Assembly: GCA_020137815.1 (NCBI GenBank) | Contig: CM035356.1 | Location: 6,758,001 to 6,822,000, forward strand | Reading direction: 5' to 3' | Source: Hormiphora californensis | Lineage: Eukaryota > Animalia > Ctenophora | DNA length: 64,000 bases | Part shown: positions 1 through 11,300 of the stretch, one piece after another | How positions within the stretch are numbered: the stretch's first letter is position 1 | Layout: every line of letters begins with the position of its first letter | Notes under the pieces: generated by a model | What the model saw: only the letters and a program-made list of their open reading frames with translations | Database searches by the model: none | What the model was told of the DNA's origin: nothing | Position numbers and translations under genes: made by a program

Positions 1-30
1 TCTGCACGCAAGGGAGGGAGTTATGTTCTA

Positions 31-475
31 TAGACCCCGCTGGCGGGCACCTAGAAGCAAAACAAGCACAAATTAGGTGGTTTTCAAACAGAGAGCTCAC
101 ACAAAACGGGTCAAATAGTTGGAAATGAAGCTACAGAGTGCCTCTCTACATTCCTACACACTCGTAACAATCGTCGTAACAGTTTCAAAGGGTGGAATGC
201 AGAGAGAGATTACAGTTAATTGTGGGTCATGAGCAACAGTTGCAACAGACTGGCGGGCGCCAAATCTAGACAGAGAGCGTTGTAGGTTGTACACACACTC
301 CCTCTGGTGTTACCAAGTCATTTTATCGTGTTTCCAGTGATTCTTTGTGATCTTTACACAAATCTGTCAGAGGGCGTGCGTCTATCGAGACACAAACTCA
401 CGGCAGTGCACGGCCCAATAGACCAGTGCAAATTGTTTGAGCGCGCCGTGCGTCTATCTGAGCCAGCGGGGTCTA
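31..475. mobile_element. MITE with 14-bp TIRs and TA flanks, probably in an intron of the golgin gene
   Basis: TAGACCCCGCTGGC (31-44) is the exact reverse complement of GCCAGCGGGGTCTA (462-475). TA lies on both sides (29-30, 476-477). No coding capacity. Confidence 0.75.
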
Positions 476-581
476 TATAACCAAATACACGGGTTCCACC
501 CGTCTATACAGATACCCGTCTGTTCAGCTGGAAGGAGAAAACAAAACTTTCTCGCTAAACTAAACACACAAAGCTACTTAC

Positions 582-1234
582 ATCTTTCTCGCTCAGTACA
601 GCCTTCCAGCGTCCTGCAACCTCTTGCAACTGGATCTCCAAGACTTCTTGTGTTTCAGCACCATCTCTTAACTGCTCTTTTAGAAGCTGAATCTACAAGA
701 GTAGTGAAACATGATATACACTTGTTGGTCAAGAGAGAGGAGGGAGGTGCAATTTTAATATTGATTGTTTTTGAGTCCAAAGAATAGACAAAGATTATAA
801 ACAGCTGTGGGCGGCTTACCTCTCCCTCCAGAGATTTTATCTTACTATCCTTCTTCTCCAGCTTACTCGACACTGCCAGCAGCTCTGCGTGGGTATCTGA
901 AAAGACCAGTTTTACTGTCAGAGCATTGACCTGACAGGGTTTTTAGCTAGCATGTAGCAAGTATAGAAATAAAAACCCATATACCTATACACATTGTGTT
1001 TGGTACTGCAAATAATACAACATACACACTACACAGTGCAATTCGAGCGACATGTATTTCAAAGTAAGGCCATGATAGAACTCCCTCTCCCATATAATTA
1101 CCGGTAGAATCAGCCCGAGTCTCTTCCAGAATATCGGCAGTGAAGGCGGACACTGAACCGGCCATACTCTTAGCATAGCCTCCTAACCAACCCCGGTAAC
1201 TACCACCACCACTGCCACCACTGTCTGATGCCAT
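582..1234 (-). CDS. TRIP11: 5' exons of a TRIP11/GMAP-210-like Golgi coiled-coil protein; the gene presumably continues toward and beyond the left edge
   Basis: Exons 1234-1102, 896-820 and 692-582 join in frame with GT/AG ends: MASDSGGSGGGSYRGWLGGYAKSMAGSVSAFTADILEETRADST-DTHAELLAVSSKLEKKDSKIKSLEGE-IQLLKEQLRDGAETQEVLEIQLQEVAGRWKAVLSEKD. This resembles the GMAP-210 N-terminus (WLGG...ISNFTKDML amphipathic ALPS segment, then the EIQIKQ...LQQKE coiled coil), recognised from memory. Confidence 0.7.
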
Positions 1235-1490
1235 ACTAGCAAGGTTGTTATTGTTAGAGGGATGGAGTTTAGAGGGGTGGTGGGCATTAACAATTCAGGC
1301 TTCGATGTAATTTAGCAATTGATATCAAATATTAATACAAACACAGAACAACACAAATAAACATCAAAAAGTCTCAATAGTAAATACATAAAGTAGCAAT
1401 AATAAACTCTGATAATTTTGTTCAGGATCAATTATACACTGCAGCCTATACTAAATAGGCTGTATATCCTGGTGGGTTATAATTATAATA

Positions 1491-2180
1491 CTAGATCTGG
1501 TTTTCCTGAATCTGACCAACACTACTCCCCTGGTCTTGTACCGGGTACCCCACTATTTGCCGCATACTCCTGCTAAATTCAATCAGTGGTTGCTTGCAAG
1601 ACTTGGCGCAGTACCAAATTAATGGAAGGGTAAATGCAAGAAAGACAGCTCCGGGGACCACCACTGAGACAACACCTTTCCAGATGGCATAATCCTCTGC
1701 GGTGGATAACATTATTTTGCTATCTGTACCCCAACATATAAAACTGTGATTTCCATAGTCATCGTAAAATCTATCCCATTTGCGTTTTACCTCTCCCGTA
1801 CTGATTTGCGTGGTTTTCATTTCACAATAATTGGGAGTGTAAAAACAGCCATCTTTCACGGCGTCCAAATTCCAGGAAAGAAGTGCCTTAATTTCAACAT
1901 AATTCTCCGAATCATCGTCCCTCAAAAAAGTAGATAGAGCCCTCACACAAGGATAGAGATTGTTACAAGACGTCCCATCACAGTCACATCCAACCATAGC
2001 AATATTATCCCAATGGACGGTGTGTGTGACAAGGTTACATACTCCGTAGTTAAATGGTGCACCCAGGAAGTTGGGAAGTGCAACGTACTGCCAGCAATAG
2101 ACCAGAGAGATTAGGGAGGCCGTGTAGATTAATAGAATTGTACCGAGAATACACCTTGCGTCACTGGGATATCCTGGCAT
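1491..2180 (-). CDS. Intronless two-TM protein of the BK-channel beta subunit (KCNMB)/TipE-like family
   Basis: 229-aa ORF. TM1 is near the N-terminus and TM2 is ~aa 167-190. The Cys-rich loop has CDCDGTSCNNLYPCVR, GCFYTPNYC and FICW, matching the KCNMB pattern C..C...C...YPC.Q / KCSYIP.C / F.C. Confidence 0.65.
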   Translation of the reverse strand: MPGYPSDARCILGTILLIYTASLISLVYCWQYVALPNFLGAPFNYGVCNLVTHTVHWDNIAMVGCDCDGTSCNNLYPCVRALSTFLRDDDSENYVEIKALLSWNLDAVKDGCFYTPNYCEMKTTQISTGEVKRKWDRFYDDYGNHSFICWGTDSKIMLSTAEDYAIWKGVVSVVVPGAVFLAFTLPLIWYCAKSCKQPLIEFSRSMRQIVGYPVQDQGSSVGQIQENQI

Positions 2181-2879
2181 GTCATTTACTAGCTTGGGTG
2201 GAATTTTAGGTCAGATAAAAGGGACTTATAAAAGAGCATGTGCCCTCTCGCTAGCGATTTGAGGTGTCTGATGAAAAGTAAATGTAATATAATCATTTAT
2301 ATATACCACTTTATAGTGTAAAATAGTGGAGCATGCATCAACAGCCTACGCTTGACATACTCGCTTACTTGGGTGTCCGGGTGTCTTGCAGAAGACCCTT
2401 ATTTCCGGGTGGGCACGGCACCAGTATTTTTAGCCTGATTACAACAACTTAGGGAAGGAGTAAAGGCAAATCTCCTGGACCCTGCCTACGGGGCTCCGCC
2501 CCTGGAGCATGCTTGTGAGGGTTTAACCCCCAAATCCCCTGACCGAGGTTGCCGTCCCTGGCCTCGGACACCCAGGGACTTGCTGGGCCGCAGGCCAGCG
2601 CCGTCCCTGCTTGACCCTGAGACTTTGTCATCAGGAAAATGAAATTCACAAGAAAAATAAATTTCAGAACTTGACAAACTCAAATTTTCGTGTGTTTGAT
2701 ATCGCGCGCGGCCCGGGTACCCTTTTGAGCGCGCGTTTTATTTGCGCGATCACATTTTGTGCGGCGTCGCGCGAATCGGTCCATATGTCTGTTTTCGCGC
2801 GTTCCGCGATGTTGCTCCTGTTCCACACCGGGCCCCGGGGAGTCGAACCATCGAGAGGAAGAGAGAGGGGAGGAAGAGA

Positions 2880-4080
2880 GGGCCCCCCCCCCCCCCAAAT
2901 TGGGGGGCCCCCCCCCCCCCCCCCCACCCCCCCCCAAAAAAAAAAACCAAAAAAAACAAATTTTCCCCAACCCCCCCCCCCCCCCCCCTTTTTTCCCCCC
3001 CCCCCCCCCATTTTCCTCCCAACCCAAACCCCCCCCCCCTTCCCAAAAAACCCCCAACCCAATTGGGTTGCCCCAAAAAAAAAAATAAAAAAGGGGCTCT
3101 CCACCCCCGCCCTTGCTCTGTGGGGGCGGACATCACATAAAAAATGAAAAAAAGGAGCATGAAGTTTAGATAGCAAAGTAGTTAAGGGGTTTTTTTAAAA
3201 AACCCCCGGGGTTTTTTCAACAAACCTCGGTCATTGGTTCATGAAGGAATTTTTAAAGCGGTGCGTGGCTTTTTTGACGGCCAAATGCTCATTTGGGATT
3301 GTCATTACTCATTAAATTAGCTCAGAGAGGTAGAAAGGAAGAACTTGAACATATTTTCATTTTCCCCGTGTTTGAAGCAGGTTTATAAAAACTAAATTTT
3401 GGGTCTGCCGCCCCAATTTCCCCCCCTAATTTCCACCCCAGGGGAAAGAGGGGAGGGGAAAAGAGATAGAGGGAGAAAAAGGAGGGAGAAAGAGAAGAGA
3501 AGAGAGGGGAGAGAGAGAGAGGAGAGAGGGGAAAAAGAGAGGAAGAGAGAGAGAAGAAGAAGAGAGAGAGAGAGAGAAAAGAGAGAAGAGAGAGAGAGAA
3601 AAGAGAGAGAGAGAGAGAGAGAGGAGAGAAAAGGGGGAAAAAAAGGGGGGGGTAAAAAAAAGGGGGGGGGGGGGGGAAAAAAAAAAAAAAAAAGGGGGGG
3701 GGGGGTTTTTAAAAAAAAAAAAGGGGGGGAAGGGGAAGGGGAAAAAGGGGGAAAAAAAGGGGAAAAGAGGAAGGAAATGTAATGGGGGTTTTTTTGGGGT
3801 CCAAAATTTAATTTCCCTTTATTTTGGGGTTTTTAATTGGGCGCCCCTATTCCCAAAAAACCGGGGGTTTTTTTAAAAAAGTAAGCCCAAAAACAAACCC
3901 CTCACAACCACTAAATTTTTGAAAACCGGTCGTTTAAATCCCCCTTTCCCCCAAAAACCCCTTAAATTCAAATTTTTTTTCTGCCACCTCTACCATTTTG
4001 CCAATTTAAAACCAAATTTTTAAATTTTCCCAAAATATTTAATTTTGAAATAACAGTTTTTTTTCCTTTTTTCATCCTGA
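2880..4080. other. Homopolymer-inflated low-complexity block, probable low-quality consensus
   Basis: Nearly continuous runs of C, G, A and T around a (GA)n tract. The ORFs here are poly-P/G/K with no domain signal. Confidence 0.75.
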
Positions 4081-5321
4081 TTATATAGAGCAAGTAATGT
4101 AGTAATAGCCTCTCCTCATAATCCAAATTATAAAAAATAGCTCTCTGGAATTTATCTATAGATCTATCTTTTATGCCGCTCTCTATCTCTCTCTATCTCT
4201 ATATCTCTCTATCTCTCTTCTTCTCTCTCTTCCTCTCTATCTATCTCTCTTATATCCTCTATATCTCTATCTCTGTATCTGTTGATCTCCTCTCTCTCTC
4301 TCTCTCTCCTTCTCTCTCTCTCACTTCTCTCTATCTCTCTCTGTGATCTGATCTCTCCCACTCATTTCCTGTATACTTCTTTTGTCTTTTTGCACACATT
4401 ATTCTCCTTCTGTTCCCACCTTCTGTACGCTATAATTGTGTTGACCAACATTAAACAACACTTCTCACTAGGCCCCTTTTGTTATTTGGGCCTTGAGAGG
4501 TGCCTAAAATTAACCTTTTGTTGTTTGCTGTGCCTTACTCAACAAACCTTTTGTTTGTGACTTGTGTTGTCAACGTGTAACAAGGAACATTTTCTAAAAC
4601 CCCTTTGACCTTTGTAACCTTGATCGTTTGAATAGCTTGGGCAATCGTTTGAATAGCGAAATTGAATTTCGAGTATTATAGTCTGTACCTTCTGTGTTCC
4701 TTTAGTAGAAAGCAAAACACAATTTAAATTGGTCTAAATCGTTTATGAGAAGGTCAATAAAATGAGTGCTATTAATATAATTCGATGGTCATAAACACAG
4801 TGTCCTAAAATTATACACATGGCTCTACCGCTGTTCGATTTTAGCACGTCCTCTATAATATGGCACAAAACGTTCCCTTTATTCAACGGGTAGGTCTCTG
4901 TATTGTGTAAAACCTTGTTCTTAAGAAAGGGGGTCGAGTAAGATAGGTCTCTATTGTGTTGAGTTTTTCTAACCCGCAATTAGTGTATGATGATGCAGGC
5001 AGCAGGGAGATGCAGTTGAAACGTCAAATTAATTTAGTGAGACCTCGGGTGGTCTTCCTTCAAGTTGCTTGATTATCACTGTATCCAGATTTCCCAATAA
5101 TTGCTTTTGATATTGTGGTAGTGGGGTGGTACCCTTCGTGGGTGAGTCTTTGATATACAAAACAGCAAAGCGACTGCAGAACGAACGGTTCAAGTATACC
5201 ATATACATAATGCTCTTAAACAATTTAAGAATTGGCATAATCGTTTGGTTGGTTTCCGCATATTTTTTTGTTCAGAATTATACTTCTCTTAATTATATAA
5301 TTTACTTCTTTGGAGCTAGAA

Positions 5322-7448
5322 ATGACCCTTGGTATTCTGTTTGCTGGTATCATCTACACTATCTCTGTAACTGCCCTACGTAAGTTTATATCTCTAATTC
5401 TCTCTCTATCTCTCTCCCAGTTTGTACCTCCTCAAACTTTCAAGTACAAATTATGTATCCCCAAATCAGATATTTGTTTCCAGCTTTGTTGGCTGCATCT
5501 CTTTCTTTTCAGGTTAAACTTAACACGTCTCAACGTGTTCTTCAATAACCTCTTCACTTTCATTTCAGTTGCCAATACCCTGGTGTTTTATCTTGTTTTT
5601 AAAGATAAGAAACTCCGAACTACACAGCTACATTGCAGTACTGGCAACAATTGACTGTACAACAGCCATCAGTTTTTCTGCCCTCTATACTCTGAGGTCC
5701 TGTACTGCCGCCCTATACGTGCTTGGTATGTAGAGATAAGGTCTGTTATGGCTAAGATCCTTGACCTTGACCTTAACCCACAATAAATGAACAACCAATG
5801 AAGCAACTCTTTATTTGAATTGTTCATACTTTCACGGACACAGTGTCAAGCACTCAACTCTTTATCGAGCTGCACATGAAGAATATGAGCTCATATCTTC
5901 TGAGAAAGTCCTAAGTTCAAGGACACATATTACAACCAGGTTCTCCAGGTTTCATGCCACTAACTCTCTTGATTTCTTGAGTAGCATCTCCTCTAATCAG
6001 GTCTGTTATCAAGGCTGAGTTTTGTATTGTTGGCGGTTATTAGTTGGGAACGTTATGCAGCAGTTAAGAATCCACTACGATACAGACTCTCAACCAGCAG
6101 GTATGTAGCTACTTCGCTAGTTCCTATATTTGCCTCGACCCTCTCTCAACGCGTTAGTTCCACCAACCAGAAATCATCTAAAGAAAACCCCAGACTAACT
6201 CAGGCCCTCACTTGGGTTCTGTGAAATTTCCCACTGTCATAGCTCCATCCCACGATGAGATAGTTATGTATCGATAGAGACTTGAAATTTTGAGGTTCTT
6301 AACCCCTGGCCCTAAATATCTAAGACAACAACCACACCACTGCAGGTTTTGGAATATGATGGCATGGCTGCTCTTGCCCCTGATAATATTTGTAGCTCTC
6401 TACACTTGGGGCGTGTCAAAGAAACTGGGCCAAACGGAGTGGGACGGAAAAGTGGGAATGTGCCTTATAGCTGACTTGAAAAAGGGTAAAACTAACCACT
6501 AACCACCCGCACATCATCTGGCTTCTTTTTTCAATCCCTCTCTAACCCGAGATGTCTCATCTTTATTATTACAGGTGCCGAAACGAACCTACTAGAAGTA
6601 GTCTCCCTTCTCTTCCCCATCCCTCCTCTCGCCGTCATATCCTACTGCTACGCCTACATCTACAAGGTGTACCGCTACCACATCAAACACCCTGTACAAC
6701 AACGCGAGTTTCTAGAGGAAGCAAAAGCGGTGATCTCCAAGCGAGTTCCTCCCACTCTCTCCAATCTCTCCCTGCCGTGGCACTCCGGTCAGCTAGTTAC
6801 TCCATGCTGCTCCGTGATGGTACAAAGTGCAGGTCACTATCTCCCTCAACCCTGCGGCATCAACAGCAACGAGACTCAAGTAACTCGAGTAACTCAAGCA
6901 ACAAACGATCCCTCTCTCCATACACTGCATCAGAAATTAAGGCTCACCTACACAGGGAGTTACTTAGTAAACTAAGGTCATCACCCCAAAAAACACGCTC
7001 CTGCGATCAGCTTGTGGTGGATCTGGAGCGAAGAAAACAGTTTGGAGTTGCTATATCCCTCCTAGCAGTTATTGCATTTAATGTTCTCACTTGGCTCCCC
7101 TATTGTCTAAACTACATGGCCCTTGCAATGGATATGATAGAATCCGTTAAGCCCCTCAGTGCTGCCGTTATGTACTCATTCCTCTATTTATCTGTGGGTC
7201 TCAACACACTCATATACTCATCAAGGTGCAGGGATATAAAACAAGAGTTTGCCGCTCTGGTCAGGTCAATAAGAGGTGGTAATGGTAATGGGGGTCCTGA
7301 TCTGCAGCTACAACTAGCTACAGAGGATAGGAATGGGGAGGATGGGAGGGTGGAATTAGTGCCACTCACACCTGATCACCAGACTCATGCTGCTGCTGTT
7401 CAGAGTAATAACTTCTCAGTGTTCATTCCTGAAAACGAAACCACGTGA
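5322..7448 (+). CDS. Rhodopsin-like (class A) GPCR with long ICL3; two apparent frameshifts (sequencing error or pseudogene)
   Basis: Exons 5322-5379, 5569-5725, 6001-6100, 6346-6485, 6575-7448. Motifs: TM1 ANTLV...KLRT; TM2 LATID; C3.25 exactly 25 residues before R of WERY; TM4 W; ECL2 Cys; TM5 P...CY; TM6 TWLPY; TM7 NTLIY. Frame breaks at ~5625 and ~6735. Confidence 0.8.
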
Positions 7449-8347
7449 TCATTTTACTCAACGAGTGATCACGTGACATATCATTGTTAGAGTTTTGTCA
7501 GCAGTTTGAAACCACGTGGCGCATGATCATTTTAATTGTCAGCAGTTGACTAAGTATTATATCTTGCTTTAGCTGGTAGCTGATGTTGAACCCAAATATC
7601 ACTGTTGAGTGTTTTTTTAGAAGTAACCATGGTTACCATATTGTAGTGTATCATGACCGAAACCAATTAAAATTAAACCAAGTAACAATTGTCTGTATTT
7701 TATTTTGGGAAAATAAGAGTCATGCTTTTTACAAACACACATTTTAATACACGATAGTCATTCTCTTCTCACGTGCTCAAATACTTGAAATTCATTCTGA
7801 CTCTCTCGGTCTCTCTCTGATCTCTCTATCCCTCTCTCTCTCGGTGCCTCTCTCTCTCTCTCTCTTTTTCTTTCCTTCTCTCTCTCTCCCCCTCTCTCTC
7901 TGTCCCTCTCTCACTCTCACTCCATGTACTTTGCACGTTCTCAAATCCCTCTGATCTCGGCGCGATGCACGAGAAAAAGTCAAGTATGAAATGTTTAATC
8001 TGAAAACAAGGTATAAAAACGTTTAGCGGGGGAATGAAGCATGTCAAATGACAAGTTCACTCACATTCCCCCCAAAAAACACCAAAAAATAGGGGATAAA
8101 ACAGTCTGGAAACTCGTGGTTGGTTGGTTGATCACGTAACCATGGTAACTCATTGGGTTGGATAAAATTAAAAAACTCAGTCTGGTGGTTTTGTGGCCTG
8201 CTATATATTGATTCTAACTGCAAGCCCACAAAACCACACGCCATTCTTCATGAAAACCACGAATATATATTACATCATACATTTCACTGGTGTATGGTAT
8301 TGTCATTATGACGTCATAATACCATATATGGTATTGTCATTATGACG

Positions 8348-11300
8348 TCACAAGTTGGTACTCCGCAAACTGTTCACACTGATAGGAGTAGCACTCCTAC
8401 TGATCACACTACCCGTCCCACTTGTACCACCCCCTGGTACTGGAACTGTCCCTGACACTGAGTGATGTGATTCTGGAACTCCTGATCCCACAGAAGATGA
8501 TCCCTGTCGGGGGTGATGTGGTACTGAGCTGGTTGGAGGGGGCGAGGGTTGGGGACGAGGCTGGTTCCGAAGGAGATCCTCGCATACCACACCCACACTT
8601 TGAAAGGCAGGCTTCCAACCTTCGAGGTAGTCGGTGGTGTGGTAGGGGTGGTCACCGTTCGAGCCGAGGGAGCTGAATGCGCTGTCTTGGTCACCCGTAC
8701 CTGGGTGGAGGCAGCTGTTAGAACCCATGGGTGTATTGTTCTAGTACCCTATTATGGTGAGCGTTATATCTCACAATATAGAGTTGGTATTAATACGAGA
8801 ATACTCAACAAGAAGATACCACTCAAAATGTTATTAAATAAACTGAAATTAACACAACGCTTACTTAGAAATCTAGCTGTTTTCTGGCTCCGTTCGTCGT
8901 CGTGAATTGCGGAGATTTGCCGAAAAAACGTCTTTGCTTCCTCCATTGCACCAACTGAAAACATATTTGTGTAATGCATGGATAGGAACTGTGAGACATG
9001 AACTGTGAGACATGAACTATGAGACATGACCTGTGAGACATAAAACTGTGGGGACATGAATTGGGACCTGAATTGTGAGACAAACCCCGGAGAAATGACC
9101 GTGGACATGACCGTAGACATGACTTGGGGGAAAATGAACATGACGATTAAATATTATTTACTACCACCATTGGTGCGCCTCAGTAAGGGGTTTTTTGAAA
9201 ATTTCTTTCCCCCCTTTGCAAAAAAGGGGGCCTGGAAAAGAATTTAAATATGGGGCTGGGTGTTAAAGGCATCGAAAATTCAAACTTATGGTTCAAAATG
9301 TGAACACTTTCCCTTGGCACAAAAATTTTATGAAGGGGCGTGCGTAATCCCGAACAAAAGGGGTTTAAAATTTTGGATAATTAGGTTTTTTAAACCCCAC
9401 CGGCAAAGTCCCCTTTTTATATAAGTTTCTTTGGCAAACCTTACACAAATTCATTATTGGTTCTTAAAGTTAAAGGGGGGTTTTTTGGAAAAATTTAAAG
9501 GGAAGGGAATGGAGGGTGGGAAGAAAAAGGGAGCCCGGAAAGGAGGGGGAAAAAAAAAAAGGAGGGTAAAAACCGGTGGGGGAATTAAATTCTTTTTTTT
9601 CTCTTTTTCCTCTTCCTTCTTCTTTTCTTCATTTTGCCCTTGCATAAAAGCCTTACTGAAAAAAACCCTTTTAAAAAAATTTACGGGATTTAACGGGTTT
9701 GGGCACGGTTGCGGGCCGAACTTTACTTAGGGTTAACTTGAAATTTTTTAACCCCCTTTTTTTTAGTTGTAAATATTTTTTGGCAAAAAATTTTAATTTT
9801 TTTTTTTTTGTAAATAAACTTTGGGGGGAAAAATTCTTTTTGGGTTCAGCTTTGTAAATGACGTTGTTTGGGAAAATTCATTACTGAATGTCGTGACGGT
9901 AATCAGCCGGGGGGGGGGGGGGGCAGGGGGAGGATATGTTGATTACCGGCAATTAGTTTTTTGTTTTATTTTTTTAAGTTTCTCGCCCAACCCCATCATC
10001 TTCCTGTAAGCTTCCTTGGGCCGTTTTCAGGAAAAAGAAACTGAAAAAACGAAAGAAGGGGGAATAAAAGAAAGTAAAAGAGGAAGAGAGAGAGGAGAGG
10101 GCGAGAAAGGAGAGAAGAAAAAGGGGAAAAAAGGGAGGAGGTGGGGGGGAGAGGAAAAGTTTTTTTTTTTTTTTTCCCCCCCCCCCCCCCCGGGGGTTTT
10201 TGGGGGCCCCCCCCCCCCGGGGGGGGGTTTCCCCTTTTTCCCCCCTTTTCCCGGGGGGGCGGGGGATACCGTGGGGAAAAATCCCGTTTATTTTCCCCCC
10301 CCGGCAGGTACCAATCTGTACTGGCCCCCCCACTGAGACCACTGAGTTTTGTTACCCAAAGCATATACCCCCGCCCCAGGAATTCTCATTTTTTTTTTCC
10401 ATGGCACAACAACATCAAGTAAATTTCTCTAATATGATTTTCCCCCTCAAATTCCATCGCAAAATCACTGCTTTTTACTCCTTTTTTTCCTCTCCCCCCC
10501 CCTATTTCCCCCCCTTTTTTTCCCCCCTTTTTCTTCCCCCTTTATTTTTTTTTTTTTCCCTCCCCCTCTCTCCGCACAATACAGGTTTTACTGATCGTGA
10601 AAAGAGGCAAGAAGGGGGTTTTAAATTTTTTTTACCGTTTTAGTACTGAATTTTTATCCAATACCCCCCTCTCTATCTCTCTGTCTATTTCTATCTGTCT
10701 CTCGGCTCTTCCCTCTCCATCCATCTATCTTTTTTTCTCTCTCTTTATCAGCTATCTATCTGTCTATTTATCGGGAAAACTTTTAGAATCGGTATATGAT
10801 AAAATCAATGGATCGTTAAATACTACAGTCTTCTAGAACACCTTCTCTAGAAGAAGAAAAAACAAGTAAAAATAGTAATTACACCCCTCTATAATTTCCG
10901 TCTGCTGTGAACAATAGCTCTTTATTCTGAAATATATTTCAGGTGCCGTTGAAAATTGAACGCGGTGGCTCGAAAATTTTACAGATCATCTGCTGGCCTA
11001 TTATATATTTGAGAAAAGTGATGATGATCTATTGATAGTGAGACATGAGCGACATGCACTAAAGTACGATACAATGTACTAAAGTACGATACAATAGTAC
11101 ATGGGGGAAGGGGTCAGTACAGAAACACTACCATGCCATTAACAAACAAACAAAGACACGACCAAACAAACAAAAGGGGAGGGGCGAGTAAGGCCAATGC
11201 TGGCATTGCAGAAACACTAAATTCCAACTTACTGTGGGCACTTCCATGAATGCTGCCAGTCCTACTGTCACCATAAGAGCTAGGAGGTCGCTTTGTCACA

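Noticed and set aside
2370-2630. GC-rich segment with RNase MRP-like words (aaatctcctggacc, acggggctc)
   Set aside because: The two motifs are ~10 nt apart rather than at opposite ends of the RNA and the pairing is poor; more likely a repeat fragment.
2611-3782. Pro/Gly/Lys-rich ORFs
   Set aside because: They arise from homopolymer-inflated, probably erroneous consensus and GA repeats; no domain signal.
4743-5238. Short minus-strand ORFs upstream of the GPCR
   Set aside because: No homology cue or exon chain could be built.
7150-7230. Opsin identity for the GPCR at 5322-7448
   Set aside because: Position 7.43 is Tyr, not the retinal-binding Lys.
9431-10643. Overlapping ORFs in all frames
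   Set aside because: Low-complexity, low-quality block.
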